NCBI GenBank assembly: GCA_963841675.1
Contig: CAWJEH010000017.1
Span: 95,229 to 159,228 of the forward strand
Length of the DNA: 64,000 nt
Direction of reading: 5' to 3'
Origin: Terriglobia bacterium
Lineage (GTDB): Bacteria; Acidobacteriota; Terriglobia; Bryobacterales; Bryobacteraceae
Shown piece after piece: positions 25,087 to 34,249 of this stretch; positions within the stretch are counted from its first letter, which is position 1; every line of letters begins with the position of its first letter. A program made the translations under genes and the position numbers. A model generated the notes under the pieces. It was not told the DNA's origin. It did not search any database and saw only the letters and a list, made by a program, of their open reading frames with translations.

Positions 25087-26916
25087 ATGACCAAAGGGAT
25101 TGCAGCTGATTTCGACGACACACTCAAGCATCGTGCCGTTGAGCCAGACTTAACGGCGGCCATGGACCATATCCAAACGCGGCAGCAAGCAGCCTCGAAC
25201 GTACTCACAAACATCGGCCGTAAACTTTCCTCGTTTCCTGTACTTCTTTTAGCTATTCTCCTGGCCAGAGTTTATTGGACCTGCCGGGAGAACATCGCGG
25301 ACCCGGACATTTGGTGGCACATGCTCAATGCCCGATATCTTTTTGAGCATCTGCAGTTACCAAACGTGGACACATATTCTTTTACAGCACGAGGGGCGTC
25401 CTGGATCGATCACGACTGGTTATCGGAACTTTTTTACTACGGAGCCTTCAGCGCAGTGGGACTGAAAGGCGTCTTCATCCTTCTCACTGCGAGTTCAGCG
25501 GGTTTGGTCGCGATCATCTTTTCGCTTTCGATGAAAGAGTCCGGAGACCCTTTTACGGCTGCGATCGCCACAGCCTTCGGCAGTCTTCTGGCGATGGTTG
25601 GCTTTACTCCGCGTACTCAGAATTTCGGGTGGCTGTGTTTTGCCGGGATCTATGCGATTCTATTGCGCTTCCGGCGCACCAAGGATGGACCGTTGTGGCT
25701 CATTCCGATACTTTTCTGTGTTTGGATTAATTGCCATGCGAGCTGGCTCATGGGATTGGTCATCTACGCGATATTTTTAGCAGCTGGGTTGATTCGCCGG
25801 GACCTCGGACGGCTGGAGGCTGTACCTTGGTCCAGCAGCGAACTGAAAAAGCTGGTCGTGACTGGCTTCGCATCTCTTATTGCCCTGCTGATCAATCCGT
25901 TCGGGTATCGGCTCTTGCTCTATCCATTTGACATGGCAACCCGGCAAGGAATCAACGTGGGCAACGTAGAGGAGTGGTCTTCGGTGAACTTCAACGACTT
26001 CCGTGGAAAAATCGTGGCGGTGGTGCTAGCTGCTATTTTTGTCACCGCCTTGACCGGGCGTAAACGATGGAGGATCGACGATGCGCTGCTGACAGCTTTC
26101 GTGTTGTATTGCGGCCTGGCGCACATCCGGTTTCTGCTGCCGGCGGGAATTGTGCTGCCGGCTATCGTGGCTCCGCAGTTCGGCCGGATCAGCTCTTACG
26201 ACCCCCGACATGAGCGCCGGCTCCTGAATGCGGCGCTGCTCTCGCTTGTAGCGGGGGTGTGCGTGCTCGGCTTCCCGTCCGCGAAGATGCTCGATTCCCA
26301 GATCGCCGGATTCTTTCCGTCCGGCGCAGCTAAATTTTTACAGTTGCACCCACAGCGCGGGCGCATGTTCAACCTGTATCAATGGGGAGGGTATCTGGAA
26401 TGGACTCAGCCCAACACTCCCACCTTTATAGACAGCCGCACCGACATTTTCGAATACAAAGGAGTCCTAAAGGACTATCTGGCCGTGGTCACCGCGACCG
26501 ACTCGCTGGAGATACTCGACCGGTATCGCACAGAATACGTTGTTTACCCTTCCGGTACCGCGCTGACTTATCTCCTCGCGAAAAGCGGCCGTTGGGAAAA
26601 CATCTACAGCGACACCCAAGCCACTATTTTTCGTAAGCTGCCGAATCAGGAGGGATTTCGCACGCCGCCGAAACCTGCTCCTCAGCCGGTTACGCTTCTC
26701 TCGCGGTCATCCATCAGCGGCCACAGCGATAGGCTCGCGCATAGCTATTCGCCAAAAGAGGCTGTTTTTTCCAGATCCAGCTTTTGCCATCGGCCCAGAC
26801 CCGATCAGTGTCCTTCGCGATCAGAGCGTTTATCGAGAGATTCGTACAAATTTTATCTATATCCACCATCTCAGCTATTCGGGGTGTTTCAAACAGATCA
26901 TCTATGGGACGGATGA
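25087..26916 (+). CDS. polytopic membrane protein, GT-C-like candidate; paralog of 28933..30477
   Basis: It shares N-terminal loop motifs with its paralog: ADPDIWWHMLNARYLFEHLQLPNVDTYSFTARGASWIDHDWLSE versus SDPDLWWHLKLGELIWNTHRIPRVDLFSYTAAGHSWIPQEWLSQ. It also shares the C-terminal blocks FNLYQWGGYLEW / FNEYVYGGYLIW. I placed the start at ATG 25087; the track ORF begins at 25003, inside the methyltransferase gene. The last ~92 codons have no counterpart in the paralog. Confidence 0.65.
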   Translation: MTKGIAADFDDTLKHRAVEPDLTAAMDHIQTRQQAASNVLTNIGRKLSSFPVLLLAILLARVYWTCRENIADPDIWWHMLNARYLFEHLQLPNVDTYSFTARGASWIDHDWLSELFYYGAFSAVGLKGVFILLTASSAGLVAIIFSLSMKESGDPFTAAIATAFGSLLAMVGFTPRTQNFGWLCFAGIYAILLRFRRTKDGPLWLIPILFCVWINCHASWLMGLVIYAIFLAAGLIRRDLGRLEAVPWSSSELKKLVVTGFASLIALLINPFGYRLLLYPFDMATRQGINVGNVEEWSSVNFNDFRGKIVAVVLAAIFVTALTGRKRWRIDDALLTAFVLYCGLAHIRFLLPAGIVLPAIVAPQFGRISSYDPRHERRLLNAALLSLVAGVCVLGFPSAKMLDSQIAGFFPSGAAKFLQLHPQRGRMFNLYQWGGYLEWTQPNTPTFIDSRTDIFEYKGVLKDYLAVVTATDSLEILDRYRTEYVVYPSGTALTYLLAKSGRWENIYSDTQATIFRKLPNQEGFRTPPKPAPQPVTLLSRSSISGHSDRLAHSYSPKEAVFSRSSFCHRPRPDQCPSRSERLSRDSYKFYLYPPSQLFGVFQTDHLWDG

Positions 26917-28843
26917 TCCGCGCACAGGAAGCGGGATCTCCGCCGAACACGGTGCCGCAGCCTAAAGTTTCAGCGGCGAGTTGGCGGTCCGCATACAACC
27001 CAAAGGGTAGGTCTCCCGGATCGGTATTGGGGTTGTGCTGTATGATGGCGCTCCGAGGGAGCTTCTCTTTCAGAGCTTCATAGAACTGCCGAAGAGCGTA
27101 AGTACGACGGCCAAGATTACGGTCGGGAGATATCCACTTCGCATCGGGGGCATCAGTGGCATCGGCCAGAATCGCGAACGACCTGAGGACCAAAAGTTCA
27201 TAGAGTGTCCCAGCAAAGCCGAGCACAAGCATGGCAATTATGAGGGTTCTTCTATCTCGTGGGCGTACGATGTCGGATCCGTCGGTTGCGGTGGGTCGCT
27301 TAGACAGCCACCCTTCGCTCAGGAACTCTGCACCCCAAAGCAAAAGGACGAACTGCGCAACCATGATTCCCCTCATTCCGAGATCGTTGATGGTGATCAC
27401 TCCCGAGCGAATGAATGTGCAGAAGAGGATGGCGGTGGCGGCCATAATAACCGCGCATAGTTCTCGAGACCTGAAGAAGGTGTTGCCGGCGCGCATTCTT
27501 CGCCATTGCTCCAGCGCAACGAGAAAGAAAAAACCGAATTCGAGCAAGTAATTCAGCGGCAATAGAAGAGTGTTAAGAGCGGGAATTAGCCAGGGATAGC
27601 TCGATTGTAACGGCAACAGCGGGATCTCGGTAAACAAGAACGACCGTATCGCTAATTGCAACAGATGCCCACCGCCAGCAGCTTGCGCAGCATGCCCTCC
27701 GGTGGACTCAAGGAAATAAGGGAGAGATACAAGGAGCGAAACGAACCCTGCAGCAGATAACATTGCGGCTTGGCGTAATTGTTTCGTGACCGCCACTACG
27801 AAGATCCAAACTGATACAAAGGCTGCAAAGACGACCGTGACGTAGACCGATAAACCCAGGGCGCTCGCGAACGCCGTTCCCGCTGCAACAGTTGTTGCTA
27901 GGTTGAGCCCTAAGCCTGGAAGTCCGCGGCGGTACCAAATAAGGAGGAAGCCTGTCAGGCACGCAATCAGAGCTGCCACGTGATGCGGCGCCCACAGCAC
28001 GGCTCCGATCCAAGCCGCGACCGGAGTGTTCCACATCTCGATAGTCGGAATGATGCGCCGCGTGACGATATCCAGAAGAGCGACTGGCAAAATGTCGAGG
28101 CCAGTTACCAGCAACAAGGCCAAACCGATTATCATTCTTCTTTCGAGGTTGACCGCTCCTTTGGGCTGGAAGAACCGGAGGTAAAGCGGAATCAAGGCGA
28201 TCAAGCCCATTCCCGACCAGACCGTGCCCGCTAACATGGCTTGGCGAGGACTTACCAGGGCGGCCCCAATCTGGCTCACCAGACTACACAGAATGAACCA
28301 GAAATAGTGATATCGAAGAACAACGGGATGCCCGGGGAAGAAGTAGGGATTATGCGGCGGAATGCCAGAGCGCGTCAACGAAGCAGTTATGGCCGTACGC
28401 AGAGTGTAGTCATGCGCCAAGAACGAGAAATAGAGTCGGTTACCGAACTGCAGATCTATCACACTCAAAGTACCTAACGCGATCCAGCCCGCTGTAACCG
28501 CCAGGAACCCGATCCGTCCCTTGGAGGGTAGCGTGCGGGACAGCCACCGCCGGCGCTCAAAGAAGAGCAGGCCGAGGAAACCGATCCATACGATTCCGAA
28601 TCCCGCCCACACCGCCATGAGAGACCAGCGCCACAGGAGATAAGCCGATATTGGCGAAATCCCGATAGAAAGAGGAATCGATATAGCGAAGCGTGCGAGA
28701 AGCATGCGCTTGCGAAATCCGAGCGCGTCCAGAAACCAACCACAGACGTATCCCGGCAGAAGAACGAACAGTGGGAATAACAGGAAAGCCACTGCTGTAC
28801 CGACCAGGTCCGCGACCATGAAATTCGCAATTACCGGGTGCAT
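26714..28843 (-). CDS. 709-aa polytopic membrane protein, possible GT-C/polymerase-like enzyme
   Basis: It has more than 14 hydrophobic segments plus a ~200-aa C-terminal soluble domain. I recognised no named motif. It is the last gene of the EBP-paralog-709aa unit. Confidence 0.6.
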   Translation of the reverse strand: MHPVIANFMVADLVGTAVAFLLFPLFVLLPGYVCGWFLDALGFRKRMLLARFAISIPLSIGISPISAYLLWRWSLMAVWAGFGIVWIGFLGLLFFERRRWLSRTLPSKGRIGFLAVTAGWIALGTLSVIDLQFGNRLYFSFLAHDYTLRTAITASLTRSGIPPHNPYFFPGHPVVLRYHYFWFILCSLVSQIGAALVSPRQAMLAGTVWSGMGLIALIPLYLRFFQPKGAVNLERRMIIGLALLLVTGLDILPVALLDIVTRRIIPTIEMWNTPVAAWIGAVLWAPHHVAALIACLTGFLLIWYRRGLPGLGLNLATTVAAGTAFASALGLSVYVTVVFAAFVSVWIFVVAVTKQLRQAAMLSAAGFVSLLVSLPYFLESTGGHAAQAAGGGHLLQLAIRSFLFTEIPLLPLQSSYPWLIPALNTLLLPLNYLLEFGFFFLVALEQWRRMRAGNTFFRSRELCAVIMAATAILFCTFIRSGVITINDLGMRGIMVAQFVLLLWGAEFLSEGWLSKRPTATDGSDIVRPRDRRTLIIAMLVLGFAGTLYELLVLRSFAILADATDAPDAKWISPDRNLGRRTYALRQFYEALKEKLPRSAIIQHNPNTDPGDLPFGLYADRQLAAETLGCGTVFGGDPASCARIIRPIDDLFETPRIAEMVDIDKICTNLSINALIAKDTDRVWADGKSWIWKKQPLLANSYARAYRCGR

Positions 28844-28932
28844 GTACGAAGTTATTGGCTTACGATTCCAAGCGGACAGACAGAGTATGCGATTTCGTTG
28901 CGGCGGATACTACGCCGCGATTATGTGAGCCG

Positions 28933-30477
28933 CTAGCTCTTCCGAACACGGGCGCCAGACCTAGCGAAAACAACGGACGAATCGTCGAAGTAGATCTTTG
29001 TCCATCCGGGCAAGAGGGGCAAAGCATTGACGAGAGGCGCGCCCCTGGACAGCACGCAAAAATCCACACGATACTTCTCAAGAAGAGGCCTCGGATCAGC
29101 TTGAACTGTGATCAGCTTTCCGTAGTCCGCGAGAACACCGGTCCACTCGAATACATCGCCACGGCCGTCGACGAAAACTTTATGCTGCGGGGCCGCCCAG
29201 ATCAAATAACCGCCGTAGACGTACTCGTTGAACATTCTGCCCGCGAGTCCCGAACGATTGATAAAGTCGACCGCTTTTACGGGATTGCCTCGTTCCACTT
29301 GCCAACTGAGCAGATGCCGGCTCGGAAAACCCAAAACGAGAGCCCCCACGGAAACTGCCAATAATGCCGCGTTCGGAAGCGGCCGGTCGCGATCCGGCTC
29401 ATACTGATCCCAAGCGGTTGCCAGCAACCGGCACAGGATGGGCGCTGAAAGTATGCCGAAGAGGAATAACATTCGCTCGTGCTGGACAGCAAGCCCGAAT
29501 CCGATAGCTGTGAAAAGCAGTTCCTGAAAGGTTAGCTCGATACGGCGAAGTAGAGGGATCAGCAGAATCAGGAGGGCTACCGTTAACACCGCCAGTGACC
29601 GCATATTGTTGAACTGGGGAGGCTGCCATTCGGAGATCTGAGTCGTGTTGAGACGTAGTTTCAACATTACGTCGAGCGGATACCAGATCAACTTCGGCCC
29701 AATCGGATTCGCGAACAGAGCGATCAAAGACAGGGCGAACGAAGCCGTAAGGATCATTCGGGTCCGCCGCTCCAAGCGCTGAGAAACAAGGAGTCCAAGG
29801 CGGAACTCGCAAAACGAGCAGAAGAGCACCACCACGAATACAATCAGCCCGAAAATGAACGAACTGTGTAGATTAATCCAGAAGGCGAACAAGGGCGGAA
29901 GCACTAAGAAGTAGCGGGAGTCGCGCGAACTGCCCAGATGAAGAATGAACAGTTGACACGAAAGCAGGAGAAAGCCGATTAACTGCGGCCGAATGGCCAG
30001 ACCGACGGTCGAGAAGAGCCAGAACGCCAGCCCTCCGACGAATGCGACTTTAGGGTTTCCAGAATAGACAGCGCATAGAGCATACGTCGCAATGGCAAGC
30101 GCGGAAACGAGTACGCAGAACCAGAGCATCAAGCCCGTGTACCCACCGCCGAAATATGCCGCATAGATCGTTACTTGCGAAAGCCATTCTTGCGGAATCC
30201 ATGAATGCCCAGCGGCGGTGTACGAGAACAGATCGACCCGCGGAATACGATGAGTGTTCCAGATGAGCTCACCGAGCTTGAGATGCCACCACAGATCGGG
30301 ATCACTAAAGCGCGAGCGAACCGTGAGGCACATCAAGGCTACAAGCAGCCCGGCGATTGCCGCGGGAAAAGAGAAAACAATGCGCAAGAAAGTGCGCTGC
30401 CGAATTTCAGGAAACTCGCCTGTTATCGGCGCAGCCGGTACTTCAAGCTGCATCGATGGCGTCGACACCCTCCTCAA
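28933..30477 (-). CDS. polytopic membrane protein, GT-C-like candidate; paralog of 25087..26916
   Basis: 514 aa; see the paralog motifs listed for 25087..26916. The start is uncertain: TTG 30477 or ATG 30453. Either one overlaps the 3' end of the sigma54 activator gene. Confidence 0.65.
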   Translation of the reverse strand: MRRVSTPSMQLEVPAAPITGEFPEIRQRTFLRIVFSFPAAIAGLLVALMCLTVRSRFSDPDLWWHLKLGELIWNTHRIPRVDLFSYTAAGHSWIPQEWLSQVTIYAAYFGGGYTGLMLWFCVLVSALAIATYALCAVYSGNPKVAFVGGLAFWLFSTVGLAIRPQLIGFLLLSCQLFILHLGSSRDSRYFLVLPPLFAFWINLHSSFIFGLIVFVVVLFCSFCEFRLGLLVSQRLERRTRMILTASFALSLIALFANPIGPKLIWYPLDVMLKLRLNTTQISEWQPPQFNNMRSLAVLTVALLILLIPLLRRIELTFQELLFTAIGFGLAVQHERMLFLFGILSAPILCRLLATAWDQYEPDRDRPLPNAALLAVSVGALVLGFPSRHLLSWQVERGNPVKAVDFINRSGLAGRMFNEYVYGGYLIWAAPQHKVFVDGRGDVFEWTGVLADYGKLITVQADPRPLLEKYRVDFCVLSRGAPLVNALPLLPGWTKIYFDDSSVVFARSGARVRKS

Positions 30478-31852
30478 CGCGGATCAAACGATGGAGGTAA
30501 GCGCGTGAAATATTGAGACTGCGCGCTGCCAGCGTCTTATTGCCTTTGCAATCTTCGATCGCCTTCATCGCGATCTTGAGCTTGAAGTCACGGAGGAGTC
30601 TTTCGAAGGATCCGATTTGCGGCAGATCCATATCATCTGAAACCGTCGTTTGCTGAAAGCGCTCCGGCAAATCGATCGCCTGAATCGCTTCCGTGTCGGC
30701 GCGAATGATGGCACTCTGAATTACGTTTTCCATCTCCCGAACGTTGCCGGGCCATTCATAGTCCTGAAGCGCTGCCAGTGCACCCGCAGTGACATGGGTT
30801 ACCCGTTTGTTGTAGAGCTCCGAGTAGCGTTTTACGAAAGATTTGGCCAGGGCCGGGATATCCTCAGGATGATCGGCCAAAGCTGGGGCCTTGATCGTCA
30901 TCACATTGATACGGTAGAACAGGTCGAGGCGAAATGTGCCCTCTGTAATCATGCGCTCGAGATCCCTGTGGGTGGAGAAAAGCACGCGAGCCTTCAGTGG
31001 AATCGCCCGACCGCTGCCTAGACGGGTAAACTCTCTCTGCTGAAGCACGCGCAATAACTTCACTTGTGTCTGGAGACTCAACTCTCCGATTTCATCTAGC
31101 AAAAGCGTGCCGCTTCCAGCCTGTTCGAAGTAGCCGGTTCGAATGCCGGTTGTGCCGGTGAAGGCACCCTTTTCGTGACCGAAGAGCTCGGATTCGATGA
31201 GGGTTTCCGGGATCGCGCCACATGAAACAGCCACGAAAGGAGCTTTTGCCCGATCGCCTAGATTGTGAATGGCGCGAGCTATGAGCTCTTTGCCAGTCCC
31301 GCTCTCCCCGGTTATGAGGACCGAAGCGTTGAGGTTGGCGACGCGGCGAACGAGATCATATACAGCACACATTTCGGAGCTGGACCCGATCAGGCCATCG
31401 CACCCAAGCGGTTCGGCTTCTGATTGTGCAAAATCAGATGTCCGCTTTCCTTCGAGCTCCCTCTTCATCGCGGTGTGCTCGTAAGCTTTGCGAATCGTGG
31501 CCTTCAGTTCACGCAAGGCGGGAGGCTTCCGACAATAGCTGTGAGCGCCACGCTGCACCAGCTCGAGGGCTGTCGCGCGGGAAGGGTCGTCGGTCATTAC
31601 AATAACAGCCACATCCGACTCGGCAACTTGGTTGTAAAGTTCAATCTGCTCCTCGTTATTCCCGGATTCGGCATCGAGGTCCAGGAGCAGAACATCGAGC
31701 GAGCCATCCTCTGTCATCCTGTGAACGTCGTCCCGACTGAGTTCGGTGAAGACTTGAGAGTCTTTCCCCAAGCCGGGTGCAAGCAGAGGGGGTAACTTCA
31801 GATCCTGCGAATACAGACCAACACGGATCGCATGCGGGATTGTAGACATCAT
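30443..31852 (-). CDS. sigma54-dependent transcriptional activator (NtrC-family bEBP) with atypical receiver domain
   Basis: The AAA+ sigma54-interaction domain shows GESGTGKELIARAIH, ESELFGHEKGAFTGT (GAFTGA loop variant), LLLDEIGEL and RVLQQREFTRLG. The C-terminal Fis-type HTH reads GNKTLAARSLNISRAYLHRLI. The N-terminal REC-like fold keeps LLLDLD, VIVMTDD and RKP but lacks the usual acidic pair after beta1. I placed the start at ATG 31852/31849 (AAGGAAGG upstream); the track ORF extends to TTG 31912. Confidence 0.9.
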   Translation of the reverse strand: MMSTIPHAIRVGLYSQDLKLPPLLAPGLGKDSQVFTELSRDDVHRMTEDGSLDVLLLDLDAESGNNEEQIELYNQVAESDVAVIVMTDDPSRATALELVQRGAHSYCRKPPALRELKATIRKAYEHTAMKRELEGKRTSDFAQSEAEPLGCDGLIGSSSEMCAVYDLVRRVANLNASVLITGESGTGKELIARAIHNLGDRAKAPFVAVSCGAIPETLIESELFGHEKGAFTGTTGIRTGYFEQAGSGTLLLDEIGELSLQTQVKLLRVLQQREFTRLGSGRAIPLKARVLFSTHRDLERMITEGTFRLDLFYRINVMTIKAPALADHPEDIPALAKSFVKRYSELYNKRVTHVTAGALAALQDYEWPGNVREMENVIQSAIIRADTEAIQAIDLPERFQQTTVSDDMDLPQIGSFERLLRDFKLKIAMKAIEDCKGNKTLAARSLNISRAYLHRLIRVEEGVDAIDAA

Positions 31853-32023
31853 CCTTCCTTGTGTTCGACTGTCCGGAGACTTGAGAATACTGGCTATTAG
31901 GACTCTAATCAAGCCCTCAGTGAGTACTACCCTTTAGTCCCCGTAATAGTACCGATTCATCACTTAAGGGTAATACCGCTGTCGGGCGGCAAGCCCCTTT
32001 AACGCTTTGCAGTTTGCAGTCCA

Positions 32024-32374
32024 TTAGGGAAAACTTGCTGGTCTGAGTGCGAAAAAGATCACAGCATTCCATGCAACTACCGCCAGGTAAAGAACGTTCG
32101 CAAATTGCAGTATGCGCCTTCGACGATTCAGCAGCAAAACGAGTGACAGCATTGTAGCCTTACTAAAGATAATCGCAAGTAAGCGACCGGTCCACGGCAT
32201 CAAACTGCGTATGATTGGATTCAGTTCGACGCCTCCGCGTGAGAAAACTGCCAACGTCGTAATCAAATCGAGAAACTGCAACGCGATGAAAAGGGCCGTT
32301 GCGAATCCCGTCGCCCTGCCTGGGCCGAGTGCCTCGCCCGCCGAGAGCTTCTCGCGGGTTGCCTCAACTTCCAT
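32024..32374 (-). CDS. DUF5658-family small membrane protein
   Basis: 116 aa with four hydrophobic segments. The block LQFLDLITTLAVFSRGGVELNPIIRSL is characteristic of that family. Confidence 0.65.
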   Translation of the reverse strand: MEVEATREKLSAGEALGPGRATGFATALFIALQFLDLITTLAVFSRGGVELNPIIRSLMPWTGRLLAIIFSKATMLSLVLLLNRRRRILQFANVLYLAVVAWNAVIFFALRPASFP

Positions 32375-32620
32375 GGGGATCGTCGCTCACACTCATTCGA
32401 CTCATGGCAGTCGAATCGGCTCCGCTTGGAATGCGACACAGCGGTAAGCCCTGTACGGAGAATCCTCGTTCAATTCTTTCGACAGAAATTTTCGTGCAGC
32501 TAAGGCTTCTTCTCAACTTCGATCCTGTTTCTATGCTCTCGTTCACAGAACGCACATCAGTACGTTCGGCCGCCTCCCGGTTCGACGACCGAAGACGTAG
32601 TGGTTTCATTGAGGAGCGGC

Positions 32621-33103
32621 TTACTGTGATGTGCTTTCCGCTGAGACGATTACACCGTTTTCCAATGTTGCCACGGTAAGTTGCGTACGATCATTGTTGA
32701 AATAGTAGTAATGCTCAAAAACGTGGCCGCCACGCATCTCGGTTGTGCGGGCAGTTGGTTCGCCGTATCGAGCGCGAATCTGAGCGCCGGTGGCACCACG
32801 AGGAAAGTCCGTACGCACAGGGAATTTGGGCATTGGCACGTCCACTTCGGTCTCCGATACGGGGAAACCTGTAAAGGCGAGGTCGCTCGTTGCTGAGGCA
32901 GAGGATCCTCGACCGAATCCTCGCTTCGCGCGTGCGCGCGAGGCCTTGCCCGCTCGATCCGTCGGCGAGCCGCCACTCGTATCGGAGGGAGCGTAAATGA
33001 TGGCCTCGGGACCCCACCCAGGCAGCCATTGCCGCGCATTCCAGACGCCAACCGCGATCAATCCGATGAAGCCGGCCATTAAGAGGACCTCGATGCCTCG
33101 CAT
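32621..33103 (-). CDS. membrane-anchored hypothetical protein with BamE/SmpA-OmlA-like C-terminal domain
   Basis: 160 aa. An N-terminal TM (VLLMAGFIGLIAVGVW) and a basic/Ser-rich linker lead to the C-terminal block GATGAQIRARYGEPTARTTEMRGGHVFEHYYYF...LTVATLENGVIV. Competing overlapping ORFs have Arg-rich nonsense composition. Confidence 0.5.
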   Translation of the reverse strand: MRGIEVLLMAGFIGLIAVGVWNARQWLPGWGPEAIIYAPSDTSGGSPTDRAGKASRARAKRGFGRGSSASATSDLAFTGFPVSETEVDVPMPKFPVRTDFPRGATGAQIRARYGEPTARTTEMRGGHVFEHYYYFNNDRTQLTVATLENGVIVSAESTSQ

Positions 33104-33755
33104 GTTGAAACTGTTCCTCGATCCATTTACGATGCACTCGCGCAGCTACCAAAGCAGAGTTTGGGACCGTGCAGCGCGATCTTACCACGAACGGTTGCAT
33201 TTCCGGGGCCATTCGGGTACGGAAATCACAGAAACGATTGGAAGTGCGCATGCTCTGGAAAGAGTCGCAATTCTCATTTCTGAATCGCCGCTACTTTCCC
33301 GGTTCCAATCCAGCCCGGCGTGGCGGCAGGAACATTGCCGCCCGGCGGACGATAGTTTCTCGTTTACCGGATCTTAAAGCAATCAAATGAATTAGCTCAT
33401 CGCCAAGAACCAGTGTGGGGAGGGTTGCCGGCCAGATCGCCGACCTCGTTTAGGAGGATGTTAACGCCTGTATACACAGCGCACACCCAAGTCTACGCGT
33501 GTATCCACCCGTTTGTTCCCGGCGAGCGATCGAATGTTTCTATCCTTTCGCTTAAGTTCGCAAGCTTTTACAGCACGAGGCACGCGTTGATAAACAAACC
33601 TTATCCTTGCACGCCGTCCACGAGATCTGTGCTAATAGTGCATTCCGGAGCGGGACGTCGATAGTTTCGTGGGGTTCAAGAGAATTTCGAGGATTAGATG
33701 GCAGCGACGAGGGATTGGAATTTACATGCTGAACCAAGAGCGAGAGGCAATGCAC

Positions 33756-34226
33756 TTATTCGTTCTTTTGAAAATCCAGGCCGTCCTCCATTTCGGCAAC
33801 CAATCTAGCTAAGCGCGTCCGGAACTCTTGGATCTGTTGCCGATGCCTCTCGATGAGTGTGTGGGTTCGCCCGCCGGAGTTGGAATCCCCGGCATCGATG
33901 TATGCAACTTCTGCGGACTCTTCGCCGCTTTTACAGGATTTCAGTATGGCCGCGGCGGAGTGACCAGTGAAAGCCGATTTGATGTCGAGGAAGCCACGAT
34001 GGAGCGCTTCGCCAAGAGTTCCTGATCCCGAGAAAGTACCGCCTAGGCGTTCGACCTCCTGCTGTATCTCCGCCGCGAACTTCGCGTGCTGTTGCGCATA
34101 CCGGCTGAAGAGCGTTCCGAGCTCCGAGTTTTTTGCCGCGTCGGCTGCCGTGTGAAATCCGGCTTCGGCGTCTTTGTTGATGCTTATTAGGTGATTCAAA
34201 TGATCGATCGTCTTGTCGTCAGCCAT
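33756..34226 (-). CDS. PA2169/DUF2383-family four-helix-bundle (ferritin-like) protein
   Basis: 156 aa. The blocks LNHLISINKDAEAGFHTAADAAKNSELGTLFSRYAQQHAKFAAEIQQEVERLGG and SCKSGEESAEVAY are typical of the family. Confidence 0.75.
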   Translation of the reverse strand: MADDKTIDHLNHLISINKDAEAGFHTAADAAKNSELGTLFSRYAQQHAKFAAEIQQEVERLGGTFSGSGTLGEALHRGFLDIKSAFTGHSAAAILKSCKSGEESAEVAYIDAGDSNSGGRTHTLIERHRQQIQEFRTRLARLVAEMEDGLDFQKNE

Positions 34227-34249
34227 GATAGGTCCAGAAACTTAGGCGC

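Noticed and set aside
33104-33755. A 650-nt gap with only short, implausible ORFs, examined for an RNA gene or mobile-element scar.
   Set aside because: It contains only a 7-bp hairpin (GGCGGCA-N7-TGCCGCC near 33322-33342). I could recognise no tRNA-like, riboswitch-like or repeat structure, so I made no feature call.
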